DNA from: an uncultured delta proteobacterium
Lineage (GTDB): Bacteria > Desulfobacterota > Binatia > Binatales > Binataceae
Length of the DNA: 64,000 nt
Assembly: GCA_963808235.1 (NCBI GenBank)
Contig: CAWEEQ010000004.1
Location: 2,400,001-2,464,000, forward strand
Direction: 5' to 3'
Below the pieces are notes generated by a model. That model was not told where the DNA came from. It did not search any database and saw nothing but the letters and a program-made list of their open reading frames with translations. Positions within the stretch are counted from its first letter, which is position 1. Every line of letters begins with the position of its first letter. Below are positions 51,714 through 60,377 of this stretch, in pieces. A program made the position numbers and the translations under genes.

Positions 51714-51790
51714 GAAAAGGCCAGGAGCGACGGGGCGCCGCCGCGCTGATATGCGGCGACTGAATCGGAAAACGTCGTGCGACTCCTGGA
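51714..51790 (-). terminator. Candidate attenuator hairpin in tonB leader
   Basis: CCAGGAG..CGACG..CGTCG-CTCCTGG then CCTTTT on minus strand, between riboswitch and tonB. Confidence 0.4.
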
Positions 51791-51827
51791 GCCTCCCTCT
51801 CCCGCGAAGGTAATTGCGGCTCCGTTC

Positions 51828-51925
51828 GATTCGCGAGGTAGCCTGGCTGGGCGAGATTGTGATCTCGCCTTACAGTTGCGGGGCAGCGCCGGTCTCGCAC
51901 CGGCTTTCCCTGCGCGAATCTGAGA
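51828..51925 (-). ncRNA. Cobalamin riboswitch (compact, class II-like)
   Basis: AGGGAAAGCCGGTGCGAGACCGGCGCTGCCCCGCAACTGTAA B12 core, AGCCAG, closing GATTCGCG/CGCGAATC stem. Confidence 0.9.
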
Positions 51926-52015
51926 GCACACTACGCGCCTCGCGGGCCAAGTCAACCGGTTGGGACGTTGCGCAGGCTGTGCGGCTTCGGGATTCGGACC
52001 GCTGCGCGCGGGGCG

Positions 52016-52035
52016 GCAGGGGTGACCCCTGCACC
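52016..52035. repeat. Variant of the GCAGGGG..CCCCTGCACC hairpin repeat
   Basis: GCAGGGGTGACCCCTGCACC versus GCAGGGGCCAGCCCCTGCACC at 26983/27823. Confidence 0.6.
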
Positions 52036-52141
52036 CAGTATCCATTCAAGCGCAAAGCAGCCCACAGAGCGCGAACGCCATTTTGCTCTCGGTCTGGTGC
52101 GCGGTTGAGCGGCGAGTCGGGAGTTTATTAGGATTCGCGGG

Positions 52142-52525
52142 ATGAAACGGGCGAAGAAGAAATTTGCAAAGCTGAACCATCTATTGATCAATGTGCGCGA
52201 CGCGGCGAAATCTCGCGACTGGTACGTGAAGAATCTCGGATTGAAGATCGAGTTCCAGGTGCCGGCGCAGGGATTTGTCGCGCTCGAAGATGATTGGGGG
52301 ATGGCGCTGTTAATTGGCGAAGGGAAGCCCTTGAGGGGGGCGGCATCAGGATTCGTCATTCACTTTGAAGTGGAGGATGTGGATGTGCGTTATCGAGCGA
52401 TGAAGGCGAAGGGGGTGAAGTTCGTGCATCCGCCGAAGCAGACGGTGTGGGGGTATGGGCCGGAGTTGAGGGATCCGGATGGGTATGTGATTCGGTTGTT
52501 TGATCATCGCAGCGTTTCGAAGTGA
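52142..52525 (+). CDS. VOC (glyoxalase/bleomycin resistance) family protein
   Basis: LNHLLINVRD..S.DWY..LG; FEVEDVD; WGY..LRDPDGY. Confidence 0.9.
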   Translation: MKRAKKKFAKLNHLLINVRDAAKSRDWYVKNLGLKIEFQVPAQGFVALEDDWGMALLIGEGKPLRGAASGFVIHFEVEDVDVRYRAMKAKGVKFVHPPKQTVWGYGPELRDPDGYVIRLFDHRSVSK

Positions 52526-52830
52526 AAGTCGTTCGGAAAATCTTCTTGATTTTTCTGCTGCTCGAGTCGCTTGGGCTGCCGACATTTTTTTTGGCAGTCA
52601 GGCATTATCAGTTGGAAAGCGAGACTGAGGAGCAGCTGGTCTCGATGTGGCCGCGGTCTGATGTGCCACTCGAGGATCGGCGCGCGGTGGTGAACATGAT
52701 GGTCAGCTACGGGGAGCTAGCGGCGGCGAACATGCTCGCATACACACTGCTCGCGTGGAGCGCCGTGTTCATCTACTGGCGATTTTTCAGACGTGCGGCG
52801 CTCGGCTCGGACGGCGTCCGGTCGGGATGA
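52522..52830 (+). CDS. Hypothetical two-TM membrane protein
   Basis: GTGA overlap with VOC stop; two hydrophobic segments. Confidence 0.5.
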   Translation: MKVVRKIFLIFLLLESLGLPTFFLAVRHYQLESETEEQLVSMWPRSDVPLEDRRAVVNMMVSYGELAAANMLAYTLLAWSAVFIYWRFFRRAALGSDGVRSG

Positions 52831-52856
52831 CCGCGGGAGAAACGAAGTAATCGCCA

Positions 52857-53636
52857 ATGGCATGGGAAGCAGTTGCCGGTCTCGAACAACGATATGGCGG
52901 CCGCCTCGGCGTCGCGGTTCTCGACACCGCGAGCACCCGGATGATCGCACATCGCGGCGACGAACGCTTTGCCCTGTGCAGTACGTTTAAGGTTCTTGCG
53001 GCCGCCTTCGTCCTGGCGCGGGTTGACGTTAGCGAAGAAAGCCTGAGTCGCCGGATCGTCTATGCGAGAGATTACCTGGTTCCCAATTCGCCGATCACCG
53101 AGAAGTACGCCGGCGACGGCGGCCTGACCGTCGGCGAAATCTGCGCGGCGGCTATGACGCTCAGCGATAATACAGCGGGGAACCTGTTACTCGACAGCTT
53201 TGGCGGGCCGCGGTCCCTGACGGCCTACGTGCGCTCGCTCGGCGACAGGATCACGCGACTCGACCGCCGAGAGACGGCGCTGAACGAGGCCAAGCCCGGC
53301 GATCCGCGCGACACGACCACACCGGTGGCGATGGCCAAAATTTTACGCGAAATCGTTCTCGGGAGCGCGCTATCCACCTCGTCACGCGAGCAACTAATCG
53401 CGTGGCTGGTCGCCAATCAGACCGGAGACAAGCGGCTGCGCGCCGGCGTGCCGAAAGGCTGGCGGGTCGGGGACAAGACCGGCTCGGGCGCGAACAACGC
53501 GACCAACGACGTCGCAGTCATCTGGAGGCCCCGCGCGCCGATCATCGTGGCGGCCTATTATGCCGAGGCTCGCGCATCGGATGACGAGCGAAATGCAGTT
53601 CTCTCAGAGGTCGGTCGTCTCGCGGCGGCATCGTGA
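52857..53636 (+). CDS. bla: Class A beta-lactamase (no signal peptide)
   Basis: FALCSTFK (S70xxK), SDN, RRETALN (E166/N170), DTTTP, DKTG. Confidence 0.92.
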   Translation: MAWEAVAGLEQRYGGRLGVAVLDTASTRMIAHRGDERFALCSTFKVLAAAFVLARVDVSEESLSRRIVYARDYLVPNSPITEKYAGDGGLTVGEICAAAMTLSDNTAGNLLLDSFGGPRSLTAYVRSLGDRITRLDRRETALNEAKPGDPRDTTTPVAMAKILREIVLGSALSTSSREQLIAWLVANQTGDKRLRAGVPKGWRVGDKTGSGANNATNDVAVIWRPRAPIIVAAYYAEARASDDERNAVLSEVGRLAAAS

Positions 53637-53674
53637 GGCTTCGAGCGAGATCGGATAAGAGGACACGACGATCG

Positions 53675-54148
53675 ATGACGACAGAGAAGAACAAGGGTCG
53701 AGGGTGTGTGGTTGTCTTCAGACGACTGGGATGGTTGGTGCTGGTTGGTTGTATCCTCGCGGGATGCCGAGGACTTTCCGCCGCGGATTCGGGCGACGAT
53801 ACAGAAAAATGGCAAGGTACCTGGAAACTGATTGGCTCCTCTTATGACGGCGGTCCGCAAATGGCGGATATGGAGTGGATCGTTGATGGCGATCACTACA
53901 ACATGCGGATGAATGGGCACACCGGCGAAGATCCATACATGATCAAGCTCGATGCGAGCCGGAAGCGGATCGACGTTTTTCATCATGAGACGCCGCCGGG
54001 GACTTATGGGGGCAAGGTAAAGGGGATTTACGAGATTGGCGGTGGCTCGCTGACTGTGTGCTACGACCTTACCGGCGAGCGATATCCGGAATCGTTTGAT
54101 GCGAAGCGGGGGTCGCGGCAGGTGGTGTATCGGTTTCGGCGGGAGTGA
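53675..54148 (+). CDS. TIGR03067-like lipocalin-fold lipoprotein
   Basis: LAGC lipobox; WQGTWK, KLDAS.K.ID, GIYEI.G.SLTVCY. Confidence 0.75.
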   Translation: MTTEKNKGRGCVVVFRRLGWLVLVGCILAGCRGLSAADSGDDTEKWQGTWKLIGSSYDGGPQMADMEWIVDGDHYNMRMNGHTGEDPYMIKLDASRKRIDVFHHETPPGTYGGKVKGIYEIGGGSLTVCYDLTGERYPESFDAKRGSRQVVYRFRRE

Positions 54149-54241
54149 GCGGACGCAGCGAGTCGGATGCGGTACCGGCGGCGCTGGCGCGAAGCTGTTT
54201 TCGAGGGGTGGTGGCGCGAGCACGGAGGCGCGCGCATCAAT

Positions 54242-54265
54242 CACGGGCAGGGACGCCCGTGCCAC
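54242..54265. repeat. REP-like palindrome CACGGGCAGGGACGCCCGTGCCAC
   Basis: CACGGGC/GCCCGTG stem followed by CCAC. Confidence 0.55.
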
Positions 54266-54427
54266 TAGTTTTTTTCGGCGAGTGAGGGTTTGCGTCTCGG
54301 TTGTAAAATCGGACATGGTAAGTCAATTGCCGATGGGTGAAAGCTCATCTGGCTTTGAAGAAATCGTCTAAGTAGGCCTAATCTGGGCGGTCTCGAGATT
54401 CGGTCTTCCTCACTTTGACAATCAAAC

Positions 54428-54713
54428 TTCGAGGAGAACTACGCGAACTTGCTCATTGCCGATGCGGGTTTGGATCAGAATGCAGGCGCCGATCGTGACG
54501 ATGGCGCTGCTCTCGCAGCTGGTGAGCACCCGCGTCTATGAGGAGGTGGGCTTGCCGGCGCAGGCGGCGAGCGTGGCGCGGCGCAATCCGGCGCGAGCTC
54601 GCTTCTGGCAGGATTCCTGCGCGGAGCTGATCGAGTTCCTCGATCAGATCGGCGCGGTCAACTGGCGCGTCGCGCCAGTCTGGCGCGCCTTGGGGATGCT
54701 GGAGAGCGCATAG
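54428..54713 (+). pseudogene. 3' remnant of an AurF-like diiron oxygenase gene
   Basis: VYEEVGL..A..ARRNPAR..LIEFLDQIG..VWRALG resembles AurF-family C-termini; no upstream catalytic region. Confidence 0.5.
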
Positions 54714-54948
54714 GCCGGCGCTTCGCGCCGGCTGCGTGTCGGGTAGGTGTAGCACCAGAAGCTGTGCTCCACCCTGATTGTGGCTTGAACCGCAGAAGTC
54801 CCACCTACCGACCGCTGCGCGATCGGCTTCCTCTCCGTAGAAGCACCCTCGTCCGCGCCGCAGACGCGGCCTCTTCCGCAACCAAGCGGGAGGGATAACG
54901 AGTGGCGCGGAACGCGACATCCTAACTTGGGCAAGGTAATTCTGGCGT

Positions 54949-55006
54949 TTGACAGTTTTTCTCGATCGCGCTATGAGGTTTAGTTCAGAATATGAAGCCT
55001 CATTCA
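54949..55006 (+). promoter_or_regulatory. Sigma70-like promoter (TTGACA-17-TATGAG) and ATGAA-N6-TTCAT operator candidate
   Basis: Read directly upstream of TetR gene; -10 imperfect. Confidence 0.5.
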
Positions 55007-55026
55007 TTTTGCGTCTTTGAGGTTCG

Positions 55027-55720
55027 ATGAGCGTTCAGGAACGGCATCGGCGGGAGCGGCGGGCGCGAGGCGAGGCGATACTTTCGTCGGCGTTTAAAGT
55101 TTTCGCCAAGCATGGGCTCGAGGGCACAACTATCGAAATGGTTGCGCGCGAGGCTGAGATCGCGGTCGGAACGATCTATCTTTACTTTGCATCGCGCGAC
55201 GACCTTTATTTGAGCCTTGCCGCGGAGCGCGCTGAGCAGTTGCGCGCGCGCTATCTTGAGATCTTTGCGCGCGAGCTTGACCCGCTGGGCGAGCTCAAGA
55301 CGATCGCGTCCGCTTACCTGGATTATCTGCGCGAGTCGCGCGAGCTGTTTTTGTCGCAGCATTCGGTCTATTACGCGAAGCTTCACAAGCGGCTCAAGCG
55401 AAAGTCGGAATTGCGCCATTTTCAGCAGCGTGATGGACTTGAGCCATGAGATCTTCGGGCTCTGGGAGGGCACGATTCGGCGCGCGTTCGTGGCCGGCGT
55501 GATCGCGAACTCGATGGGACCGAAAAAGACCGCGGCGGTGATCTGGGCGAGTATCAACGGCGCGTTCATGCTGATGGGCGACGACAATTTTTTCCGCGAC
55601 GTCACCGGCCTCAACCCGGAGCATTTTCTTGACGAGGCGCTGGAGTCGCATCTGGCGGAATCGCAGTTGACGAGTGCTCGCGGGTTTGCCGCTTCGCGAA
55701 ACAAAAGAAATCAGTTAGCG
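55027..55720 (+). CDS. TetR/AcrR family regulator, frameshift near 55425; 3' end uncertain
   Basis: ILSSAFKVFAKHG..TTIEMVAREAEIAVGTIYLYFASRDDL; C-terminal IWASING in the next frame. Confidence 0.85.
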
Positions 55721-55831
55721 CGGTGCGCATTTCGCGCGCGCGGGATAGCAAAAATACCAACTCGGAAGAGGTTGCGCTCCCTGCCCCCGCGTAATCGCGA
55801 CGGTGCCGCGACGCAAAAAGGAGAACGCTCT

Positions 55832-57130
55832 ATGAAATTTACCTGGTTCCATCTGATGCCGTACCGGTTCCTGCCGGAAGACTTCAAGGAAAAGTATCGC
55901 AGCGTGTGGGTCGATATTCCGCGCGACTTGTACGATCCGAAAGTCGGGCATCGGCTCTACAACGACTACCTCGATCAACTCGAGTACGCCGACGCGATGG
56001 GCTTCGACGGGCTCGGCGTCAACGAGCATCATCAGAACGCGTACGGGCTGATGCCGTCGCCGAATATCATGGCGGCGGCGCTGACCCGGCGCACGCGCAA
56101 CGCGAACCTGGTGGTGCTGGGCAACTCGATCGCGCTTTACAATCCGCCGATTCGGGTCGCGGAGGAATTCGCGATGCTCGACGTGATCTCGGGCGGGCGG
56201 CTGATCGCGGGATTCCCGGTCGGCACCTCGATGGACACCAACTTCTGCTACGGCGAAGTTCCGGCGACGATCCGCGAGAAGTATTACGAGGCGCACGATC
56301 TGATCCTGAAGGCGTGGAAGGCCAAGGACGTGTTCTCGTTCAACGGCAAGTACACCAAGCTGCGCTACGTGAACCTGTGGCCGAAGCCGCTCCAGCAGCC
56401 GCATCCGCCGATCTGGATTCCGGGCGGCGGGTCGGTGGAGACCTACGATTTCTGCGCGGACAACAATTACCAATACAGCTTCCTATCCTACTTCGGGTAT
56501 ATCGCGGGCAAGAAAGTTGCCGACGGCTACTGGGAAGTGATGGCGAAGAAGGGCAAGGAGCTGAATCCGTACAGCCTCGGCTTCGCGCAGGTGGTCGCGG
56601 TGGCGGAGACCGACGAGCAGGCGGAGAAGGATTTCGCGCCGCACATGGATTACTTCTACAACCGGTGCCTGCACGTTTATAACGGCTTCGCCGACGCGCC
56701 GGGGTATCGCACGGTCAAGACGATCAAGGCGGGCGTGCTCGGACAGGTTGGCGATCAGGCGGCGCTGCGGCGCGAGGGCCTTAAGTGGAAGGACTTCCTC
56801 GAGCAGGGTTACGTGATCGCGGGCTCGCCGAAGACGGTGCGCGAGCGTTTGCGTGAGGCGATGACCTCGCTCAACTGCGGGCATCTGATGATCCTGCAGC
56901 AGATCGGCTCGATGCCGCCGGAGCTGGTGCGCAAGAGCACCAATCTGTTCGCGACCGAAGTGATGCCGCACATGCGCGACTTGTGGAGCAACTTCGAAGA
57001 TCGATGGTCGCCGAAGCGCGATCTTCCGCAGGCGGATTTCGCGGTTCCGAATCCGGTCCATTTTGAGAAACGCGAAGTCAACGGCAAAGTCCGGACGGGC
57101 GCCGGCGCGGAGGCTCGCAGCGCAAAATGA
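55832..57130 (+). CDS. LLM class flavin-dependent monooxygenase
   Basis: GFDGLGVNEHHQ, PIRVAEEFAMLDVISGGRL, PKPLQQPHPPIW; AAGGAG RBS. Confidence 0.93.
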   Translation: MKFTWFHLMPYRFLPEDFKEKYRSVWVDIPRDLYDPKVGHRLYNDYLDQLEYADAMGFDGLGVNEHHQNAYGLMPSPNIMAAALTRRTRNANLVVLGNSIALYNPPIRVAEEFAMLDVISGGRLIAGFPVGTSMDTNFCYGEVPATIREKYYEAHDLILKAWKAKDVFSFNGKYTKLRYVNLWPKPLQQPHPPIWIPGGGSVETYDFCADNNYQYSFLSYFGYIAGKKVADGYWEVMAKKGKELNPYSLGFAQVVAVAETDEQAEKDFAPHMDYFYNRCLHVYNGFADAPGYRTVKTIKAGVLGQVGDQAALRREGLKWKDFLEQGYVIAGSPKTVRERLREAMTSLNCGHLMILQQIGSMPPELVRKSTNLFATEVMPHMRDLWSNFEDRWSPKRDLPQADFAVPNPVHFEKREVNGKVRTGAGAEARSAK

Positions 57131-57909
57131 ATACGACGCAAAGAGTCGCCAACGGAAAATTCTCGATCGAGATGCAGACTTACGGGAGCGGCGAGCCGCT
57201 GCTGTTCCTGCACGGCGCGGGCGGATTGATGCCGGTCGAGCCGTTCCTCGAAGATCTCGGTCGCGACTTCAAAGTCTACGCGCCGCAGTTTCCCGGCTAC
57301 GGCGATTCGACCGGCAACGAGCATATAGATGATATCGCCGACGCGGTGCTCTTCTATCACGAGCTGATGGACGAGCTGGGAATTCCGACCGCGAATATCG
57401 TGGGACATTCGATGGGCGGGATGCTGGCGGCGGAAGTCGCGGCATTCGACATTCATCGCGCGAAGAAGCTGGTGCTGATCGCGCCGGCCGGTTTCTGGAT
57501 CGACGAGATCCCGATTCCCGATCTGTTCGCGGCGCAACTGACCGAGATCGCGCCGCTGCTGTTCCACGATCCGAATTCGCCGGCGGCGCAGATGATGACC
57601 GCGATTCCCACCGATTTCAAAGCGCTCGAGACGATGTACGTCGAGCGGGTGAAGCGGCTTGCGACGGCGAGCAAGTTCCTGTGGCCGATACCGGATCGCG
57701 GTTTGAAGAAACGCGCCTACCGGATTCATGCGCCGACGCTCCTATTGTGGGGCGACGACGACAAGCTGATCCCGCCGGCCTATGCGAAGGAGTTCCTGAG
57801 CCGAATCAAGGACAGCAAGCTCGAGCTGATCAAGAATGCCGGGCACATGGTGATGTACGAGCAGCAGGAAGCGCTGGTCGATGCGATACGAAAATTTTTG
57901 AAAAGTTGA
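57127..57909 (+). CDS. Alpha/beta hydrolase
   Basis: FLHGAGG, GHSMGG, WGDDD, AGHM; ATGA coupling to LLM. Confidence 0.92.
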   Translation: MNTTQRVANGKFSIEMQTYGSGEPLLFLHGAGGLMPVEPFLEDLGRDFKVYAPQFPGYGDSTGNEHIDDIADAVLFYHELMDELGIPTANIVGHSMGGMLAAEVAAFDIHRAKKLVLIAPAGFWIDEIPIPDLFAAQLTEIAPLLFHDPNSPAAQMMTAIPTDFKALETMYVERVKRLATASKFLWPIPDRGLKKRAYRIHAPTLLLWGDDDKLIPPAYAKEFLSRIKDSKLELIKNAGHMVMYEQQEALVDAIRKFLKS

Positions 57910-57934
57910 TCGCCGGATTCAAGAGATCGACGGC

Positions 57935-57964
57935 CGGCCGGAGCGGAGACGCTTCGGCCGTTTT
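57935..57964 (+). terminator. Intrinsic terminator
   Basis: CGGCCGGAGCG-GAGA-CGCTTCGGCCG then TTTT. Confidence 0.65.
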
Positions 57965-58020
57965 CGTTGGGACGATCGTAACTCTTGCGGGAGCCTTGAT
58001 CTGCGATTAGGTTGCCCTGC

Positions 58021-58450
58021 ATGGACCAATCGGCAGAATCTCGGCGTTGCGTCGCGCGGCCTGTTTCTCACGATCATAACTGCGCTGTTCGTCTTGCTTG
58101 CTATTTCGGATTTCACCAAGGGGCTGCAGTACGCAAATGATCCCGCGGTAGGCGGACTGGTAATCCTCGGACACAAGTTTCAGGGAGTCGGAATAAATCT
58201 CGTGCTCGGTCCGATTTTCGGGATCGTGCTGCTGATTTATGCGTTCGGAATATGGCGGCTTAGGGCGTGGGTGCTGCCGCTTGCGATCGTGTATGCGTTT
58301 TACGTGCCGGCGAACATGGTGCTGTTCTGGTCGCTACATCAACTGAAGCCGCCGACGGTGGGGTTCATAGTTGTGTACCTGATCCTTTCACTGGGCGGTT
58401 CGGTGGGCACTGCGATCTATCTCGCTTATCATCGCGAACGGCTCCGCTGA
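58021..58450 (+). CDS. Four-TM hypothetical membrane protein, probable frameshift near 58045
   Basis: Hydrophobic ORF extends upstream (SRGLFLTIITALFVLLAISD); ATG 58021 lies in the neighbouring frame. Confidence 0.65.
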
Positions 58451-58484
58451 CGACTTAAGTTCTTAGCCATTAACAAATTTGCGG

Positions 58485-58522
58485 TTGACGCGAACTCGCG
58501 AGGGTTTTAAATTGCAACCATT
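58485..58522 (+). promoter_or_regulatory. Promoter/operator of GST1 (TTGACG-17-TAAATT; GGTTTTAAATTGCAACC)
   Basis: Conserved with the GST2 upstream region. Confidence 0.65.
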
Positions 58523-59131
58523 ATGAAAATATATGGTTTCGCTCTCGCCCCTAATCCTCGGCGGCTCAGAATTTTCGTGGCGGAAAAAGGACTGAAGATC
58601 CCCTCTGAGGAAGTCAACATTCTGGAAGGCAAGAATCGCACGCCGGAAATGCTCGCGAAGAATCCTGCCGGCGGTCTGCCATTCATGGAACTCGACGACG
58701 GCAGCCATCTGGCCGAGTCGGTCGCTATCTGCCGCTACCTGGAGGGGTTGCATCCGGAGCCCAACTTGATGGGCAAGGACAATCGCGAGCAGGCGGAAAT
58801 CGAGATGTGGAATCGGCGCATCGAGCTGGGCTTGTTCGGCGCGGTCGGGCGAGCGTTCCAGCATACCAACGAATTGTTCAAAGGGCGGCTCAAGCAGATG
58901 CCCGAGTACGGCGCGACGCAGCGCGAGGTCGCGGAGCAGCAGTTCAAGTGGCTCGACGAGCAGATCGGCAACAAGCCGTTTATCGCGGGCAATCGTTTCA
59001 CGATCGCGGATATCACAGCCGAGGTGGCGGTCGATTTCGGCGAATTCGCGGGGGTGAAATACGATCCGGCGCTGAAGAATCTCGCGCGATGGCATAAGTC
59101 GGTGTCGAGCCGGCCGAGCGCGAAGGCATAG
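58523..59131 (+). CDS. Glutathione S-transferase
   Basis: APNPRRLRIF, NPAGGLP, ESVAICRYLE, FTIADIT, RPSA. Confidence 0.95.
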   Translation: MKIYGFALAPNPRRLRIFVAEKGLKIPSEEVNILEGKNRTPEMLAKNPAGGLPFMELDDGSHLAESVAICRYLEGLHPEPNLMGKDNREQAEIEMWNRRIELGLFGAVGRAFQHTNELFKGRLKQMPEYGATQREVAEQQFKWLDEQIGNKPFIAGNRFTIADITAEVAVDFGEFAGVKYDPALKNLARWHKSVSSRPSAKA

Positions 59132-59163
59132 CGGCTGGATTCCATCGGCGCAGGTTTGATCGT

Positions 59164-59202
59164 TTGACTATTGCGGCTGGTCAGTTTTAAATTGCAACCA
59201 CT
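59164..59202 (+). promoter_or_regulatory. Promoter/operator of GST2 (TTGACT-18-TAAATT; AGTTTTAAATTGCAACC)
   Basis: Conserved with the GST1 upstream region. Confidence 0.65.
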
Positions 59203-59814
59203 ATGAAAATTTACGAGTTTACTCAGGCTCCGAATCCACGCCGCGTGCGCGTCTTCCTCGCGGAAAAAGGCATCAACAACGTTCCTTTCGAGCAGGTCAA
59301 CATCGCGACCGCGGATAACCGCAAGCCCGAGTTCCTGAAAATTAATCCAATGGGCGGGTTGCCGGTGCTCGAGCTCGACGACGGCACTCATATTGCGGAG
59401 TCGGTTGCGATTTGCCGGTACTTCGAGGAGTCCAAGCCGGAGCCGCGCTTGATGGGCGTCGACGCGAAGGACAAGGCGGTCGTCGAGATGTGGAACCGGC
59501 GGATGGAGCTGGAGCTATTGTCGATGACGGCGGGCGCGTTCCGCAACACCAGCGATTTCTTCAAGGGGCGCATCCCGCAGGTTCCGGAGTATGGCGAGAT
59601 CTGCAAGGGGGCGGCAATCAAGCGGCTCGAATGGCTGGACACGGTGCTGGCCGATCGCGAGTTTATCGCGGGGCCGCGCTACACGATTGCGGATATCACG
59701 GCGCTGATCGGAGTCGACTTCGGCAGGACCACCGGGATCAGGATCCAGGAGAATCAGAAGAACCTCGCGCGATGGCACAAGGCGGTATCGAGCCGTCCGA
59801 GTGCGAAGGCGTAA
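59203..59814 (+). CDS. Glutathione S-transferase (paralog)
   Basis: APNPRRVRVF, NPMGGLP, ESVAICRYFE, YTIADIT, RPSA. Confidence 0.95.
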   Translation: MKIYEFTQAPNPRRVRVFLAEKGINNVPFEQVNIATADNRKPEFLKINPMGGLPVLELDDGTHIAESVAICRYFEESKPEPRLMGVDAKDKAVVEMWNRRMELELLSMTAGAFRNTSDFFKGRIPQVPEYGEICKGAAIKRLEWLDTVLADREFIAGPRYTIADITALIGVDFGRTTGIRIQENQKNLARWHKAVSSRPSAKA

Positions 59815-59819
59815 GCTAA

Positions 59820-59856
59820 CCCTCGGCCCCTTCCCTTGAGGAAGGGGGGAGAACAA
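59820..59856. repeat. REP-like copy (CCCCTTCCC..GGAAGGGG)
   Basis: Same family as 32090 and 35612. Confidence 0.6.
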
Positions 59857-59857
59857 G

Positions 59858-59899
59858 TTTTTTGGCACTGGTTCGATTTGAGCCAGTGCCAATTTTTTT
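59858..59899. terminator. Intrinsic terminator between convergent genes
   Basis: TTGGCACTGG..CCAGTGCCAA stem followed by a T run. Confidence 0.7.
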
Positions 59900-60374
59900 A
59901 GCGCGAAGAGTTAACGGCGAACGCTGTAGGCGGCGAGAGCGGAGGATAGATCGGCGTGTAGATTCTGTAGAGCATCAGGTAAACGATCACGCCGGTTACT
60001 GAGACGTACATCCATAGCGGCCAGGTCCATCGCGCGATGCGGCGATGGCGATGGAATTTGCCGCGCAGCGCGAACCACATCGTAATGAGGGCGAGCGGCA
60101 CGATGATGCCGGCCAGGATCACGTGCGGGATCAGGATCGCAAAGTATAGCGCGCGGACCCATCCGTGGCCGGAGAAGCGAACGTTGCCGACTTCGTAGTG
60201 ATAGAGCAGGTACGAGCTGAGGAAGACCGTCGAGACGGCAAAGGTGCTGATCATGCAGGCGCGATGCGCGCGCACCCATCTTAACTTTATGAAAATGAAT
60301 CCGCAGAGCAGCAGCAGCGTGGCGCATCCGTTGAGGATCGCGTTGAGCGGCGCCAGCGAGTGATAAGAATCCAA
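59898..60374 (-). CDS. DUF420 membrane protein
   Basis: NAILN, HRACM, FLSSYLLYH, HRRIARWTWPLWMYVSVTGV. Confidence 0.9.
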   Translation of the reverse strand: MDSYHSLAPLNAILNGCATLLLLCGFIFIKLRWVRAHRACMISTFAVSTVFLSSYLLYHYEVGNVRFSGHGWVRALYFAILIPHVILAGIIVPLALITMWFALRGKFHRHRRIARWTWPLWMYVSVTGVIVYLMLYRIYTPIYPPLSPPTAFAVNSSR

Positions 60375-60377
60375 CTA

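Noticed and set aside
52142-54148. Integron cassette array (VOC, membrane protein, bla, lipoprotein)
   Set aside because: Genes overlap or abut with no attC-like sites between them; no integrase
55217-57130. 637-aa TetR-LLM fusion ORF
   Set aside because: LLM has its own AAGGAG RBS and ATG at 55832; the joining segment looks non-coding and TetR is already frameshifted
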